Source: Candidatus Eiseniibacteriota bacterium (GTDB taxonomy: Bacteria > Eisenbacteria > RBG-16-71-46 > CAIMUX01 > VGJL01). From it: a DNA stretch of 64,000 nucleotides. Position 1 is the stretch's first letter, and every line of letters begins with the position of its first letter. The notes beneath the pieces were generated by a model, which was given only the letters and a program-made list of their open reading frames with translations, was not told the origin of the DNA and did not search any database. Position numbers and translations under genes: made by a program. Below are positions 1 through 9,644 of this stretch, in pieces. The stretch is taken from assembly GCA_963792585.1 (NCBI GenBank), contig CAWBWI010000001.1, positions 1,376,001 to 1,440,000 on the forward strand, read 5' to 3'.

Positions 1-1514
1 AATCCCTGCCGGCTGTCGAGCCGGTAGACCATCCTCTGGCCGACGAGTTCGCTGGTAGGATCTTTCAAGGTCGGTTTCCCGAGCGCCGTGACCCGATCGC
101 GCGCGGCGTCGTACACGATTTCCTCCGAGTCGAGGGCCAGGTTCTGGTAGCGAACCTTCCCGTGACCCCGGACGACGATCGTGCGCTTGGGCACGAAGAA
201 CGAGACGCTGTCCCCCTGGTAGGCGACCCGTTCGGCCGGATCGAAGGGGCCCGCCCGCGCGAGCGAGTCGGGTGAAGCGCTCTCGGCGCCGGCGAGGAAC
301 CGCTCGGTGGTGCGTGCAAGATAGAGCGAGTCGGGCAGGGCCGCGACAGTGGTGTCCGGTTTCTCGCGCGGGAGGATGTACTCACCGCTCGCGTTGCGCT
401 CCAGGTCGACCCGTTTTGCCTCTCCCGATTCGAGCCAGACCCGGATTCGGTCGCCTCGAGACTCGTTCTGGCCGACGTCCTCCTTACGGTCCTGAGGGGA
501 CGGGATGTAGAGGCTGCGGGCGTGCCCGTTGACCTCGATCGCATAGACGCCGGTGGAATCCATCAGGGCGATCAGGGTGTCGCCGACGACGAGGTTGTGC
601 TCGCCCGGCTTCGCGGACGGCTGGTAGAGGACCTGCGCGCGGCCAAGGACCTCGAGGCGTTCCGCCCGCCCCGCACCGAGGACCACGGCCATCGAGTCGC
701 CCGTCACAACCCCGTCGGGATCGATCGCGTGCGGTTCGTCGCGCAAGCGCAGGAGGTCGCGGTTGAAGTCGAACTGGGCGCGGCCGCAGGTCGCGGTCAC
801 GCTCCCCCGATGGATCCTCACATTGCCGAGCGCCTCTCCATAGGAGTTTCCCTTCTCCATCCGAAGCGTGTCCGCTCGGAGGTCCAGGTCCGCCTCGCCA
901 TCGCGCCCCTCGCGGTGGAGCCGCGGATTTCCCGTGACGATCGTCACGTCCGTGACGCGATCGATCTCGCACCTGCGGCCGGTGATCTTCGCCGCCTCGG
1001 CGGCATCGACGATCACGACGCTGTCCGTCGCGACGGCCCTGCGCGTGGGCGTGTCGTAGACCAGGCGCCGTGCCCGCAGAATGCGTCCCGCATCTTCCAG
1101 ACGGACGCTGTCGCGCAACTCGAGCTTTCCGGATTCCCTCCAGTACCAGAGTTCGTGCGCCTCGAAGCGCCCCTCGGGACCTTCTCCCCGCACGTTCCCC
1201 GTCATGATCGCCAGGCCCTGTCTCCGGTCGAAGCTCGCGCGGTCCGACCTCACCGTGCGGACGGAGTCGCGCAGGACCACGTCCGCGGTCAGATTCAACA
1301 GGTCGTCCTCGCGATACCAGAGTCCCTCGCGCGCGGTCACGACCGTGCTTCCTTGCTCCGCCCGCGGCGAAACGAGCGTCGTCACGCCGGCCCGCGTTCC
1401 TTCGAGCCGCTCCCCCGTGATCGTCCAAGGCTCGTCCGCGAGGTCGCCCGGCGCTTGCGCGAAGGCCCCCGAGGCCACGAAGAAGACGATCGCCGTGAGC
1501 CAAGAGCGAATCAT
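1..1514 (-). CDS. LPS-assembly LptD/OstA-like exported protein with repeated beta-jellyroll segments, truncated by the window edge
   Basis: Not in the ORF track because it is open to position 1. My translation from ATG 1514 (ATGA overlap with the folC stop) gives the signal peptide MIRSWLTAIVFFVASGAFA, OstA-type segments (ADTLRM..GEALGNVRIHRG, GDSM, GDRIRV) and an LptD-N-like segment (VRYQNLALDSEEIVYD...LGKPTLKD...GQRMVYRLDSRQG). Confidence 0.7.
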   Translation of the reverse strand, partial: MIRSWLTAIVFFVASGAFAQAPGDLADEPWTITGERLEGTRAGVTTLVSPRAEQGSTVVTAREGLWYREDDLLNLTADVVLRDSVRTVRSDRASFDRRQGLAIMTGNVRGEGPEGRFEAHELWYWRESGKLELRDSVRLEDAGRILRARRLVYDTPTRRAVATDSVVIVDAAEAAKITGRRCEIDRVTDVTIVTGNPRLHREGRDGEADLDLRADTLRMEKGNSYGEALGNVRIHRGSVTATCGRAQFDFNRDLLRLRDEPHAIDPDGVVTGDSMAVVLGAGRAERLEVLGRAQVLYQPSAKPGEHNLVVGDTLIALMDSTGVYAIEVNGHARSLYIPSPQDRKEDVGQNESRGDRIRVWLESGEAKRVDLERNASGEYILPREKPDTTVAALPDSLYLARTTERFLAGAESASPDSLARAGPFDPAERVAYQGDSVSFFVPKRTIVVRGHGKVRYQNLALDSEEIVYDAARDRVTALGKPTLKDPTSELVGQRMVYRLDSRQG

Positions 1515-2827
1515 CGCGAAGGCGACTCCCATAGGGGATCGAGAGGGGCGATCCCCATCCGCGCCATCACTTCCCCGACCGTGAAGAAGGAGCCGGTCAC
1601 GAGGATGGTCTCTCCGGGCCCGGCGGACTCGGTCGCGGCGACGATTGCGGCGGCGGGGTCTGCGTGCAGACTCACGGGGATTCCCAGCCCCTCAGCGGCG
1701 CGCGCGAGTTCCACGCCGGGAAGCCCTCGCTCGTCGCGTGGAGTGCAGGCGTGGAGGTGGACCGACCGCTCCGTGAGGGGACGGAGGAATCCCTCGAAGT
1801 CCTTGCCCTGGAGCATCCCGACCACGAGGCGGGTGGGCCCTTCGCCGCGCGCGGCAAGTGTGCGCGCAAGGAAGCGCGCGCCATCGGGATTGTGCGCCAC
1901 GTCGGCGAGCACCCGGGGCGTGGAGGACAGGAGACTCATGCGGCCAGGCCAGTGCGCCCGGCGCATCCCCCGCGTGATCGCTCCCGCGTCGGGTCGACTC
2001 GGCGCGGGGGCGAGAGAGAGCGCCAGCGCGGCGAGCGCGGCATTGGCGATCTGGTGCGGGCCGGCGAGGGGCAGATCGATCGTCAACTCCTCCGCGGGGC
2101 CCGGTTGCCCCGGCCGGGCGGCGAGACGGAAACGGCTTCCATCCGGGGTCGTCTCGATGGCCCGGGTGCGGATGCAGCGTCGCCGTTCGTAAAGTGGACA
2201 GCCGACGTCGCGCGCTCGGCTGCGCAGGACCGCCACGGCGTCGGCGGCCGAAACGCCGATCGCCGCCGGCGTCCCCGACCGCAGGATGCCGGCCTTCTCA
2301 CCCGCGATCGCCTCGCGCGTATCCCCGAGGATCTTCATGTGGTCGAGGCCGATCGAGGTGACCACGTTGACCACGGCGCGCACCGGGCGCGTCGCGTCGA
2401 GCCTACCGCCGAGGCCGACCTCGACGGCTGCGGCCTCGACCCCGCGCTCCCGGAACCAGAGGAAGGCGAGCAACGTGGTGGCCTCAAAGAAGGAGAGCTC
2501 CCATCGTTCGATCGAACCCCGGATCCTCCCCGTCAGGTCCGCGACCTCGTCGGGGGTGATCATGCCCCCATCGATCCGCATCCGCTCGCGGAAGTCGATC
2601 AGGTGCGGCGAGGTGAAGAGCCCGGTTCTCAAGCCCGCCGCCTGCAGCACGGAGGCAATGAGGACGCTGGTCGATCCCTTGCCGTTGGTTCCGGCGATCA
2701 GGAACGCGGGAAAGGACTCCTGCGGATCGCCGTGCTCCCGAAACGCGCCGACGACGCGGTCGAGGCCTAGACGGACCCCACGCCTCTCGAGGGAGAAGAG
2801 ATAGGCAGTCGCGGCCTCGTAGATCAC
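1511..2827 (-). CDS. folC: Folylpolyglutamate synthase/dihydrofolate synthase
   Basis: AGTNGKGS P-loop, FTSPHL, EVGLGGRLDAT, DVAHNPDG, VTGSFF. GTG start at 2827 overlaps the accD stop. The N-terminal extension in the ORF track is spurious. Confidence 0.95.
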   Translation of the reverse strand: MIYEAATAYLFSLERRGVRLGLDRVVGAFREHGDPQESFPAFLIAGTNGKGSTSVLIASVLQAAGLRTGLFTSPHLIDFRERMRIDGGMITPDEVADLTGRIRGSIERWELSFFEATTLLAFLWFRERGVEAAAVEVGLGGRLDATRPVRAVVNVVTSIGLDHMKILGDTREAIAGEKAGILRSGTPAAIGVSAADAVAVLRSRARDVGCPLYERRRCIRTRAIETTPDGSRFRLAARPGQPGPAEELTIDLPLAGPHQIANAALAALALSLAPAPSRPDAGAITRGMRRAHWPGRMSLLSSTPRVLADVAHNPDGARFLARTLAARGEGPTRLVVGMLQGKDFEGFLRPLTERSVHLHACTPRDERGLPGVELARAAEGLGIPVSLHADPAAAIVAATESAGPGETILVTGSFFTVGEVMARMGIAPLDPLWESPSR

Positions 2828-3687
2828 CGGGAGCGGTTCGGTCGGCTGTTCCAGAAGTGGCGCAGGATCCGGCCGACCTCCGCGCGCATTTCCTTGCGCG
2901 GCACGATGCGGTCGATCATTCCGTGCTCCAGCAGGAATTCCGAACGCTGGAAGCCCTTCGGCAGCTCTTGCTTGATCGTCTGCTCGATCACGCGGGGACC
3001 CGCGAAACCGATCAGCGCATTCGGCTCGGCAATATTCAGGTCGCCGACCATTGCGAAGCTCGCCGTGGCGCCTCCGGTGGTCGGGTCGAGGATGATCGAA
3101 AGGTAGAAGATCCCTTTCTGATCGAGGCGTGAGAGCTGTGTCTGCACCTTCGCGAGTTGCATCAGGGAGAGCACTCCCTCCTGCATCCGCGCACCGCCCG
3201 AGGCGGATATGATGATCAGCGCGATCTCCTCGGCGTAGGCGAGGTCGACCAGGCGGGCGATCTTCTCCCCAACGACCGAGCCCATGCTCCCGCCGAGGAA
3301 GCTGAAGTCCATGACCCCCAACGCGACCGGGGTTGTCTCGATCCGCGCGCGACCCGTCATGATCGCGTCGTTGTGGCGCGTCTTGGCGCGGGCCTCCCGG
3401 ATCCGGTCGGGATAGGGCTTCGAGTCGACGAAGCCGAGCGGATCGATCGATACGACCTCGGGCCACATTTCCTCGAACGAATTGGGATCGACGAGGAGGG
3501 CGATGTAGTCCTCGGCCGAGATGCGGAAATGGTGTCCGCACAGGAGGCAAGTCCAGCTGTTCCGCTCGACCTCCTTGCGGTAGAGGATCTCGCCGCAGCC
3601 GCCGCACTTGATCCAGATCCCGTCGGGGACTTCCTTCTTCTGCTGCTCCGGCTTGCCCGCATCCTTCCCCTTGGTCAACCAGCTCAC
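2824..3687 (-). CDS. accD: Acetyl-CoA carboxylase carboxyltransferase beta subunit
   Basis: WIKCGGC...CLLC zinc finger, FLGGSMGSVVGEKI, SGGARMQEG, PTTGG, GFAGPRVIEQT. Confidence 0.97.
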   Translation of the reverse strand: MSWLTKGKDAGKPEQQKKEVPDGIWIKCGGCGEILYRKEVERNSWTCLLCGHHFRISAEDYIALLVDPNSFEEMWPEVVSIDPLGFVDSKPYPDRIREARAKTRHNDAIMTGRARIETTPVALGVMDFSFLGGSMGSVVGEKIARLVDLAYAEEIALIIISASGGARMQEGVLSLMQLAKVQTQLSRLDQKGIFYLSIILDPTTGGATASFAMVGDLNIAEPNALIGFAGPRVIEQTIKQELPKGFQRSEFLLEHGMIDRIVPRKEMRAEVGRILRHFWNSRPNRSR

Positions 3688-4229
3688 GCGTGGGCCTCCT
3701 GCAACCGCAACGATCGGACCATCACCAGAGCATCCTCCCGCGGGTTGTTGTAGTAGTTGCGCCGAACCCCTCCGACGACGAATCCGTTGCGTTCGTACAG
3801 GGTGATCGCCCCCTGATTGCTCACCCGGACCTCGAGCACGATCACCCGGCTCCCCCGCAGGTAGGCCTCACGGAAAAGGTGATCGAGCATCGCCTGCGCA
3901 TGCCCCTGCCGTCGCGCCCAGGGGGCGACCCCGATGTTCGCCAAGTGCGCCTCGTCCTCGATGAACCAGGCGATCATATAGCCTGAGAGCTGCCCGCCGA
4001 TGCGAACGATCCGGCACCAGCTCGTCGGCTCTGCCCTCAGTTCGGCCTCGAAGCTCGCGCGCGACCAAGGGTCCCGGAAGCAGACCTTTTCCAGCTCCGC
4101 GACTTCGGAAAGGTCCGACATGGTCATCGGCAGCCAGTCGGCCGGCGCTTTCCCGGAGCTCGGACCCCAAGGTTCGCCCTCCGGCCCCCCTAGCGTGGGG
4201 CTATGACTGTCGTCTCGGCTTTCGAGCAT
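3684..4229 (-). CDS. rimI: Ribosomal protein S18-alanine N-acetyltransferase (GNAT)
   Basis: DPWSRASF, EAHLANIGV, RRQGHA, LEVRVSN, RRNYY..PREDA. Downstream of tsaB. Start uncertain (4229 or 4127). Confidence 0.88.
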   Translation of the reverse strand: MLESRDDSHSPTLGGPEGEPWGPSSGKAPADWLPMTMSDLSEVAELEKVCFRDPWSRASFEAELRAEPTSWCRIVRIGGQLSGYMIAWFIEDEAHLANIGVAPWARRQGHAQAMLDHLFREAYLRGSRVIVLEVRVSNQGAITLYERNGFVVGGVRRNYYNNPREDALVMVRSLRLQEAHA

Positions 4230-4917
4230 CCGCATCCCGCAGGTATCGAGGCGTCCGTCCCTCGAGCGCGCGACCCACCCCGACAACCCGTTCGGGATCC
4301 ATCCCCAGGGCCGCCAAGTGGGAGGCCCGAGCCGGCTCCACGGGTCCAATCCAGGCCCGGGACCCGAGTCGGAGACGGATCGGTTCCGCGAGGGAATCTA
4401 GCGCATCCCCAACGAAAAGCAAACGTTCGCCGGGCAGGCAAGCTAGGCGCCCGAGCGCCTCCTCGACCGGAAACGAACCAGGCTCGATCCTGGGCAAAAG
4501 CGCGGCCCCACTCCACTCGTAGACTGCGCCGTAGACCAGCCCCCGCCGGTGTCCCGAAAGCACCACGACGGGAACCCCGCTTAACCTATGAGGATAGGCC
4601 AGGACCTCGAGGCTGGGGACCGCGATCACGGGGCATCCCGCCGCATAAGCGACGCCGAGGGCCGCAGCCATTCCGACGCGAAGGCCTGTGAACGAGCCTG
4701 GCCCCTCATCGTAGACAACCCGATCGAGATCCCGGGGTGCGATCCGCAGATCCTCCAGAAGCCGCCGGAGGCTCTCCAGGAGCACTTCGGTGCGGGAAAC
4801 CCTCGTGTCGAGCGCGACCTCGCCCAGGATCCCGCCTTCCGCCGCCACGGCGACTCCGGCCAGGAACCCGGAGGTCTCGAAGGCGAGGAGCCGCCCGGAA
4901 AACCGGGCCTCGGTCAC
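4201..4917 (-). CDS. tsaB: tRNA threonylcarbamoyladenosine biosynthesis protein TsaB
   Basis: LLAFETS, GPGSFTGLRVG, C-terminal PRYLR. GTG start overlaps the tsaE stop. Confidence 0.92.
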   Translation of the reverse strand: MTEARFSGRLLAFETSGFLAGVAVAAEGGILGEVALDTRVSRTEVLLESLRRLLEDLRIAPRDLDRVVYDEGPGSFTGLRVGMAAALGVAYAAGCPVIAVPSLEVLAYPHRLSGVPVVVLSGHRRGLVYGAVYEWSGAALLPRIEPGSFPVEEALGRLACLPGERLLFVGDALDSLAEPIRLRLGSRAWIGPVEPARASHLAALGMDPERVVGVGRALEGRTPRYLRDADARKPRRQS

Positions 4918-5378
4918 CGGAGCCTCCAATTCGTGATCGCCTTCCCCGGCAGCCAACCCCGGAGCGTGATCCGCCGCCGCGTGGGGCCTTCGGGGGCAAG
5001 CTCGACCTCGATGGCGCCATCGGGGAGGATATCGTCGAAACGATCGCTCCATTCCACGAGCGTCAGGCCGTCGGTCTCCATCGCTTCCTCCCATTCCCCC
5101 GCGGTGCCCTCATCGAGAGCATCCAGCCTGTACAGGTCGAGGTGACGGATCGGCAGGCGCCCTCGATAGACATGGAGAAGGGCGAAGGTCGGGCTGCGGA
5201 CCCGGCCGTCGTAGCCGGCGCCGCGTGCGATACCCTGGACAAGCCGTGTCTTTCCCGCCCCCAGAGGGCCCACGAGACCGACCACCGCGCGGCTGCGCAG
5301 GGCCGCCCCGAGACGCTCGCCGAATCGCAGCGTCTCTTCCTCGGAGTCGGAAACGGCCTCCACGATGAGGCGGCGCAT
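4914..5378 (-). CDS. tsaE: tRNA threonylcarbamoyladenosine biosynthesis ATPase TsaE
   Basis: GPLGAGKT, SPTF, HLDLYRL, VEW motifs. Confidence 0.95.
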   Translation of the reverse strand: MRRLIVEAVSDSEEETLRFGERLGAALRSRAVVGLVGPLGAGKTRLVQGIARGAGYDGRVRSPTFALLHVYRGRLPIRHLDLYRLDALDEGTAGEWEEAMETDGLTLVEWSDRFDDILPDGAIEVELAPEGPTRRRITLRGWLPGKAITNWRLR

Positions 5379-5385
5379 CGGCGCC

Positions 5386-6945
5386 CTAACGCGGAGTGAG
5401 GGTCGCGACGGGGAGAATCATCTCCTCCATCGAAATCCCGCCGTGCTGGAAACTCCCGCGGAACTGCTTCTCGTAGTGATGGAAGTTCGTCGGGTAGACG
5501 AAGTAGTAGTTCTCGCGGGCGAGGACGTAGGTCTTCGTGAGCGATTCCTGTGGAAGCATGTAGTCCTGAGGCTTCTTGATGAGCAATGCCTCCCGCTCGT
5601 CGCAGACGACGTTCTCTCCATACTTGTAACGGACGTTCGTCGACGTATCGCGGTTCCCGTAGACGAGGGTCGATTTCTTGCACTGCACGCTGCCGTGGTC
5701 GGTCGTGATGACCACGACGACATCCTGCCGCGCATACAGCTTCAGGATCTCGAAGAGGCTCGAGTGGAGAAACCACTGGATGAGAAGGGACCGGAAGGCC
5801 TGCTCGTGCGGCGCCAGCTCGAGGAGCAGATCGTTGTCGGAGCGGCCGTGGGAAAGCAGGTCGAGGAAGTTGATGACGAGCGCGAGTAGGTCGGTCGACA
5901 TCTGGGACGTGACCTTCTTCTTCAACTCCGCGGCCTCGTCGGCAGTGTGGACCTTGAGGTAGCGAAGCCCCTCTGCGGAGAGCCCCTCGCGCTGGAGCAG
6001 ATCGCGGAGGAGGGCCTTCTCGTAGCGGTTCTTCCCGGTCTCGTTGCCGATGTTCTCGAGCCACCATTCGGGATGGCGCCTCGCAATCTGGAGCGGGTAG
6101 AGGCCGGAGAAGATCGCGTTGCGGCTGTACGGGGTGGCTGTCGGCAGGATCGAGCAGTAGTAGTCCTTGTGCACCTGGAAATAGGGGGTCAGGAGGGGCT
6201 CGAGCGCGAGCCACTGGTCGAGTCGCATGCAGTCGATCACGACGAAGACGACCCTGCGTCCCGCCCGCATGTGGGGCACGACGAAGCGCGGGACCACATC
6301 GACGGAGAGCAGGGGACGCTCATCCGGCTTCTGCTGGACCCAGCGCGGGTACCGGGGCTCCACGTAGCGCGCGAACTCGCGGTTGATTTCCGCCTTCTCG
6401 TCCTGATGGGATTGGTAGAGTTCCTCGTCGGTCACCGACAGCTCGAGGTCGAGCCCCGCCATCCGCCCGGCCAGCTCGAGCCAGTCGTCCCAGCTGAGGT
6501 CGCCCTGGCGGACTTCCCGGATCCGGTTGAACTCGGTGACATAGTCGCGGGTCTTCCGATCGCGGACGAGCTGCTCGGACTCGAAGACCTTCTTGCAGGC
6601 AAGCCAGATCTGGCTCGGATTGACCGGCTTCGTCAGGTAGTCGGCGATCTGACGTCCGAGCGCCTCGTTCATGAGGTGCTCTTCCTCGCTCTTGGTGATC
6701 ATGATCACGGGCGTCAGCGGCGAGGATTCACGCAGCGCTTCGAGGGTGCGCAGTCCACCCATCCCGGGCATCTGCTCGTCGAGCAGGACGACGTCGAAAT
6801 TGGAGCCGCCAACCAACTCGAGGGCATCCTCGCCGTTGGAAACGGCAGTGACCGAATACCCCTTCCCCTCCAGGTAGAGAATGTGGGGGCGCAGCAGATC
6901 GATTTCGTCGTCTGCCCAGAGGATTTTCCGCATTGTCGGCACCAT
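5386..6945 (-). CDS. PorX-like response regulator (receiver + PglZ/alkaline-phosphatase-like domain)
   Basis: Receiver: ILWADDEIDLL, LLDEQMPG, MITKSEEE, YLTKPVNPSQI. PglZ: IDCMRLDQW, SILPTATPYSRNAIFSG, TTDHG, FQHGGIS. Adjacent to tsaE, as porX is in Bacteroidota. Confidence 0.9.
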   Translation of the reverse strand: MVPTMRKILWADDEIDLLRPHILYLEGKGYSVTAVSNGEDALELVGGSNFDVVLLDEQMPGMGGLRTLEALRESSPLTPVIMITKSEEEHLMNEALGRQIADYLTKPVNPSQIWLACKKVFESEQLVRDRKTRDYVTEFNRIREVRQGDLSWDDWLELAGRMAGLDLELSVTDEELYQSHQDEKAEINREFARYVEPRYPRWVQQKPDERPLLSVDVVPRFVVPHMRAGRRVVFVVIDCMRLDQWLALEPLLTPYFQVHKDYYCSILPTATPYSRNAIFSGLYPLQIARRHPEWWLENIGNETGKNRYEKALLRDLLQREGLSAEGLRYLKVHTADEAAELKKKVTSQMSTDLLALVINFLDLLSHGRSDNDLLLELAPHEQAFRSLLIQWFLHSSLFEILKLYARQDVVVVITTDHGSVQCKKSTLVYGNRDTSTNVRYKYGENVVCDEREALLIKKPQDYMLPQESLTKTYVLARENYYFVYPTNFHHYEKQFRGSFQHGGISMEEMILPVATLTPR

Positions 6946-6960
6946 CCGATTGTGGGGGAC

Positions 6961-8232
6961 CTAGACCGGGAAGGCGATGATGAACGTCGAACCCTTCCCG
7001 GGTTGGCTCCGTTCGACCCAGATCTTTCCCCCATGATAGTCCTCGACGATCCGCTTCGCGAGCGTGAGTCCGAGGCCCCACCCCCGCTGCTTCGTCGTGA
7101 ACCCTGGAGAGAAGACCTGCCGCACCTCGCGCGGGGTCATGCCCTTGCCCTGATCGGTGATCCGAACCTCGACCGTCTCGGTCTCGGGCCGGCGCATCAG
7201 CTCCACCTCGATGGTGCCGTGCTTGGTGTCCGTAGCGTCGATCGCGTTCTTCAGCACGTTCTCGACGACCCACTCGATCAGTTCCTTGTTCACGTTGACG
7301 CCGGGCACCAGGTCATACCGCTCGTGGATCTCGACGTCTTTGCGGAGATTCGGCAATCGTCTGCGGAAATAGCGGACCGCCTCGCTGACGATCGGGGCGA
7401 GGTCCTGCGGTTCGAGGCGCGGCAGACTGCCGACCTGCCCGAAGCGCATGGCGACCTTCTGGAGCCGCTCGGCATCGTTCGCCATCTCGTCGACGACCTC
7501 GCGGAAGAACGGCTCTTCCAGCGTGACGACCCCGGCCTTGCCGGTGGTCTCCTCCGCCTTCTCGCCGAGCAGCTCGACCCAGCCGAGCAGCGAGGAGATC
7601 GGTGTGCCGAGCTGGTGCGCGGTCTCCTTCGCCAGGCCGATCCAGATCGATCGCTGCTCGCTCGTCTTGATCGAACGGTACCCGATGTAGCCGAGGCCGA
7701 AGTATGCGAAGAGGGCGATCAGCTGCACGATCGGGATCCACCGAATCTGCCGGACGAGGGTCGGCTCGCCGTAGTGGACATAGCCAAAGACAGTTCGATC
7801 CCCCGGTTTTCGAATTGGAACCGGCACATTGCGCCGATCGAATTCGCGCACATAGCGAATCACCTCGGCGATCGGCCCAGGGGGCGGATTCTTCGGATCC
7901 ATGTTCGCGACCACGTTGACGTCGACCGAATCGGCGGGGACATCGATCCCCCGCCAGACGAAGGGGCGCCCCTCGCGATCGGTCAGGACCATCGGGAAGT
8001 TGGCGGGCTTGATCACCCGCTCGAAGACCTCGGCCAGTTCCGGACTCTCGATCGCCTGGAAGGTGGTCACTCCGCAGAATTCGGCGAACAGCTCCGAAAG
8101 GGCGCGCGACTGGTCGTTGACCCGGTGGATCAGGTGATAGGTATAGACCATCATCCCACCGAACAGGATGAACCCGCCGAGGAACAGATAGGCCCTCAGG
8201 AGACCGGGAAGGTTCGAACGGGACAGGCCCAT
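6961..8232 (-). CDS. Membrane sensor histidine kinase
   Basis: Two TM segments around a periplasmic domain, H-box AKETAHQLGTP, N-box ENVLKNAIDA, DQGKGM, GFTTKQRGWGLGL. Confidence 0.92.
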   Translation of the reverse strand: MGLSRSNLPGLLRAYLFLGGFILFGGMMVYTYHLIHRVNDQSRALSELFAEFCGVTTFQAIESPELAEVFERVIKPANFPMVLTDREGRPFVWRGIDVPADSVDVNVVANMDPKNPPPGPIAEVIRYVREFDRRNVPVPIRKPGDRTVFGYVHYGEPTLVRQIRWIPIVQLIALFAYFGLGYIGYRSIKTSEQRSIWIGLAKETAHQLGTPISSLLGWVELLGEKAEETTGKAGVVTLEEPFFREVVDEMANDAERLQKVAMRFGQVGSLPRLEPQDLAPIVSEAVRYFRRRLPNLRKDVEIHERYDLVPGVNVNKELIEWVVENVLKNAIDATDTKHGTIEVELMRRPETETVEVRITDQGKGMTPREVRQVFSPGFTTKQRGWGLGLTLAKRIVEDYHGGKIWVERSQPGKGSTFIIAFPV

Positions 8233-8281
8233 GATCGCCGAGCTTCCTCCTCCTTGAAGAGCCTCGCCGGAACCGCCGCGC

Positions 8282-9556
8282 CTAGGGTTTCGTCAGCTCC
8301 GTCCGCCCCCCCATGTAGGGCCGAAGCGCTTCCGGGATCCGGATCGTTCCCTGCGGAGTCTGGAACAGCTCCAATATCGCGGCCACGATCCGCGGCAGCG
8401 CGAGCCCCGAGCCGTTCAGCGTGTGAACGTACTCGAGCTTCCCCTGCTCATTGCGGAATCGAACGCCGATTCGTCGAGCCTGGAAGGACTCGAAATTGCT
8501 GCACGACGAGACCTCCAGCCAGCGCTGCTCGGCCGGAGCCCACGCCTCGAGGTCATAGCACTTCGCGGCGGCGAAGGAGAGATCTCCTGTACAGAGCGAA
8601 AGCACCCTGTACGGGATCTCGAGCGTCTTGAGGACGTCCTCCGCGTCGCGGACGAGCGACTCGAGCTCGTCGTACGAGGTCTCGGGGCGAACGAACTTGA
8701 CCATCTCCACCTTGTCGAACTGATGAACGCGGACGAGTCCGCGCGTGTCGCGACCCGCCGCCCCCGCCTCGCGCCGGAAGCACGCGGAATAGCCGACCAG
8801 CTTCATCGGGAGACGCTCGGCCTCGAGAATCTCGTCGCGGTAGAGATTGGTGATCGGCACCTCGGCGGTCGGGATCAGGAACAAGTCCTCGTCGGCGAGC
8901 TTGTACATGTCCGCCTCGAGCTTCGGGATCTGTCCGGTTCCTTGCAGGGACTCCCGACGGACCAGGAAGGGGATCCAGACCTCTCGGTAGCCGTGGCTCG
9001 TCGTGTGGAGGTCGAGCATCAGCTGGATCAGGGCCCGCTCGAGCATCGCCCCCAGGCCGGCCAGACAGATGAACCCGCCGCCCGAGACCTTGCCCGCGCG
9101 TTCGAGGTCGATGATCCCGAGTTCCGCGCCGATCTGCCAGTGGGGGGCCGGCCGGAAGGTCTCCGGAGGAATCGTCCCCCAGCGACGCACCTCGACGTTC
9201 GCTTCCGCATCCGGGCCGACCGGGACGCTCTCGTGCGGGATATTCGGCAGCCAGAGCATCTGGGCGTCGAGTTCCGTCTCGAGGGCGCGGAGCTGGTCGT
9301 CGAGCGATTTGATCTCGTCGGAAACGCTCTTCATCGATGCGAGGATCGAGGCGGCGTCCTGCCCCGCTTTCTTCAGGCGGGCGATCTCCTCGCTCGCGCG
9401 GTTGCGCTCGGCCTTCTTCTGTTCGGCCTCGACGAGTATCCCGCGACGCCTCTCGTCCAAAGCGAGGATCAGGTCCAGGTCCGCCTTCTCCCCCTTGTCC
9501 GCGATCGCCTTTCGGACGCGTTCGGGGTCCACGCGTACGAGCTTCGGATCGAGCAT
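8282..9556 (-). CDS. serS: Serine--tRNA ligase
   Basis: [39 protein letters not shown]. Confidence 0.98.
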   Translation of the reverse strand: MLDPKLVRVDPERVRKAIADKGEKADLDLILALDERRRGILVEAEQKKAERNRASEEIARLKKAGQDAASILASMKSVSDEIKSLDDQLRALETELDAQMLWLPNIPHESVPVGPDAEANVEVRRWGTIPPETFRPAPHWQIGAELGIIDLERAGKVSGGGFICLAGLGAMLERALIQLMLDLHTTSHGYREVWIPFLVRRESLQGTGQIPKLEADMYKLADEDLFLIPTAEVPITNLYRDEILEAERLPMKLVGYSACFRREAGAAGRDTRGLVRVHQFDKVEMVKFVRPETSYDELESLVRDAEDVLKTLEIPYRVLSLCTGDLSFAAAKCYDLEAWAPAEQRWLEVSSCSNFESFQARRIGVRFRNEQGKLEYVHTLNGSGLALPRIVAAILELFQTPQGTIRIPEALRPYMGGRTELTKP

Positions 9557-9597
9557 GCCCCTCCCTCGTTGTGCGGTAAGAGATTACCGGCGGGGCC

Positions 9598-9626
9598 AAT
9601 CTAACACGGCTCTCCATCCCGGTCAA
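9598..9626 (-). promoter_or_regulatory. Putative sigma70 promoter for serS
   Basis: Minus strand TTGACC-N17-TAGATT, about 40 nt upstream of the serS ATG. Confidence 0.6.
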
Positions 9627-9644
9627 ACGGATGCGCCGCAATCA

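Noticed and set aside
5386..6945. PglZ domain as evidence of a BREX/Pgl defence system
   Set aside because: It is fused to a receiver domain in the PorX architecture beside tsaE, and no brxC, pglX or brxL is present.
5947..8631. Long antisense and off-frame ORFs (e.g. 5947..8631, 16986..19451, 48778..51156, 522..2192)
   Set aside because: They are shadow ORFs typical of high-GC DNA, lie opposite well-supported genes and have no recognisable motifs.
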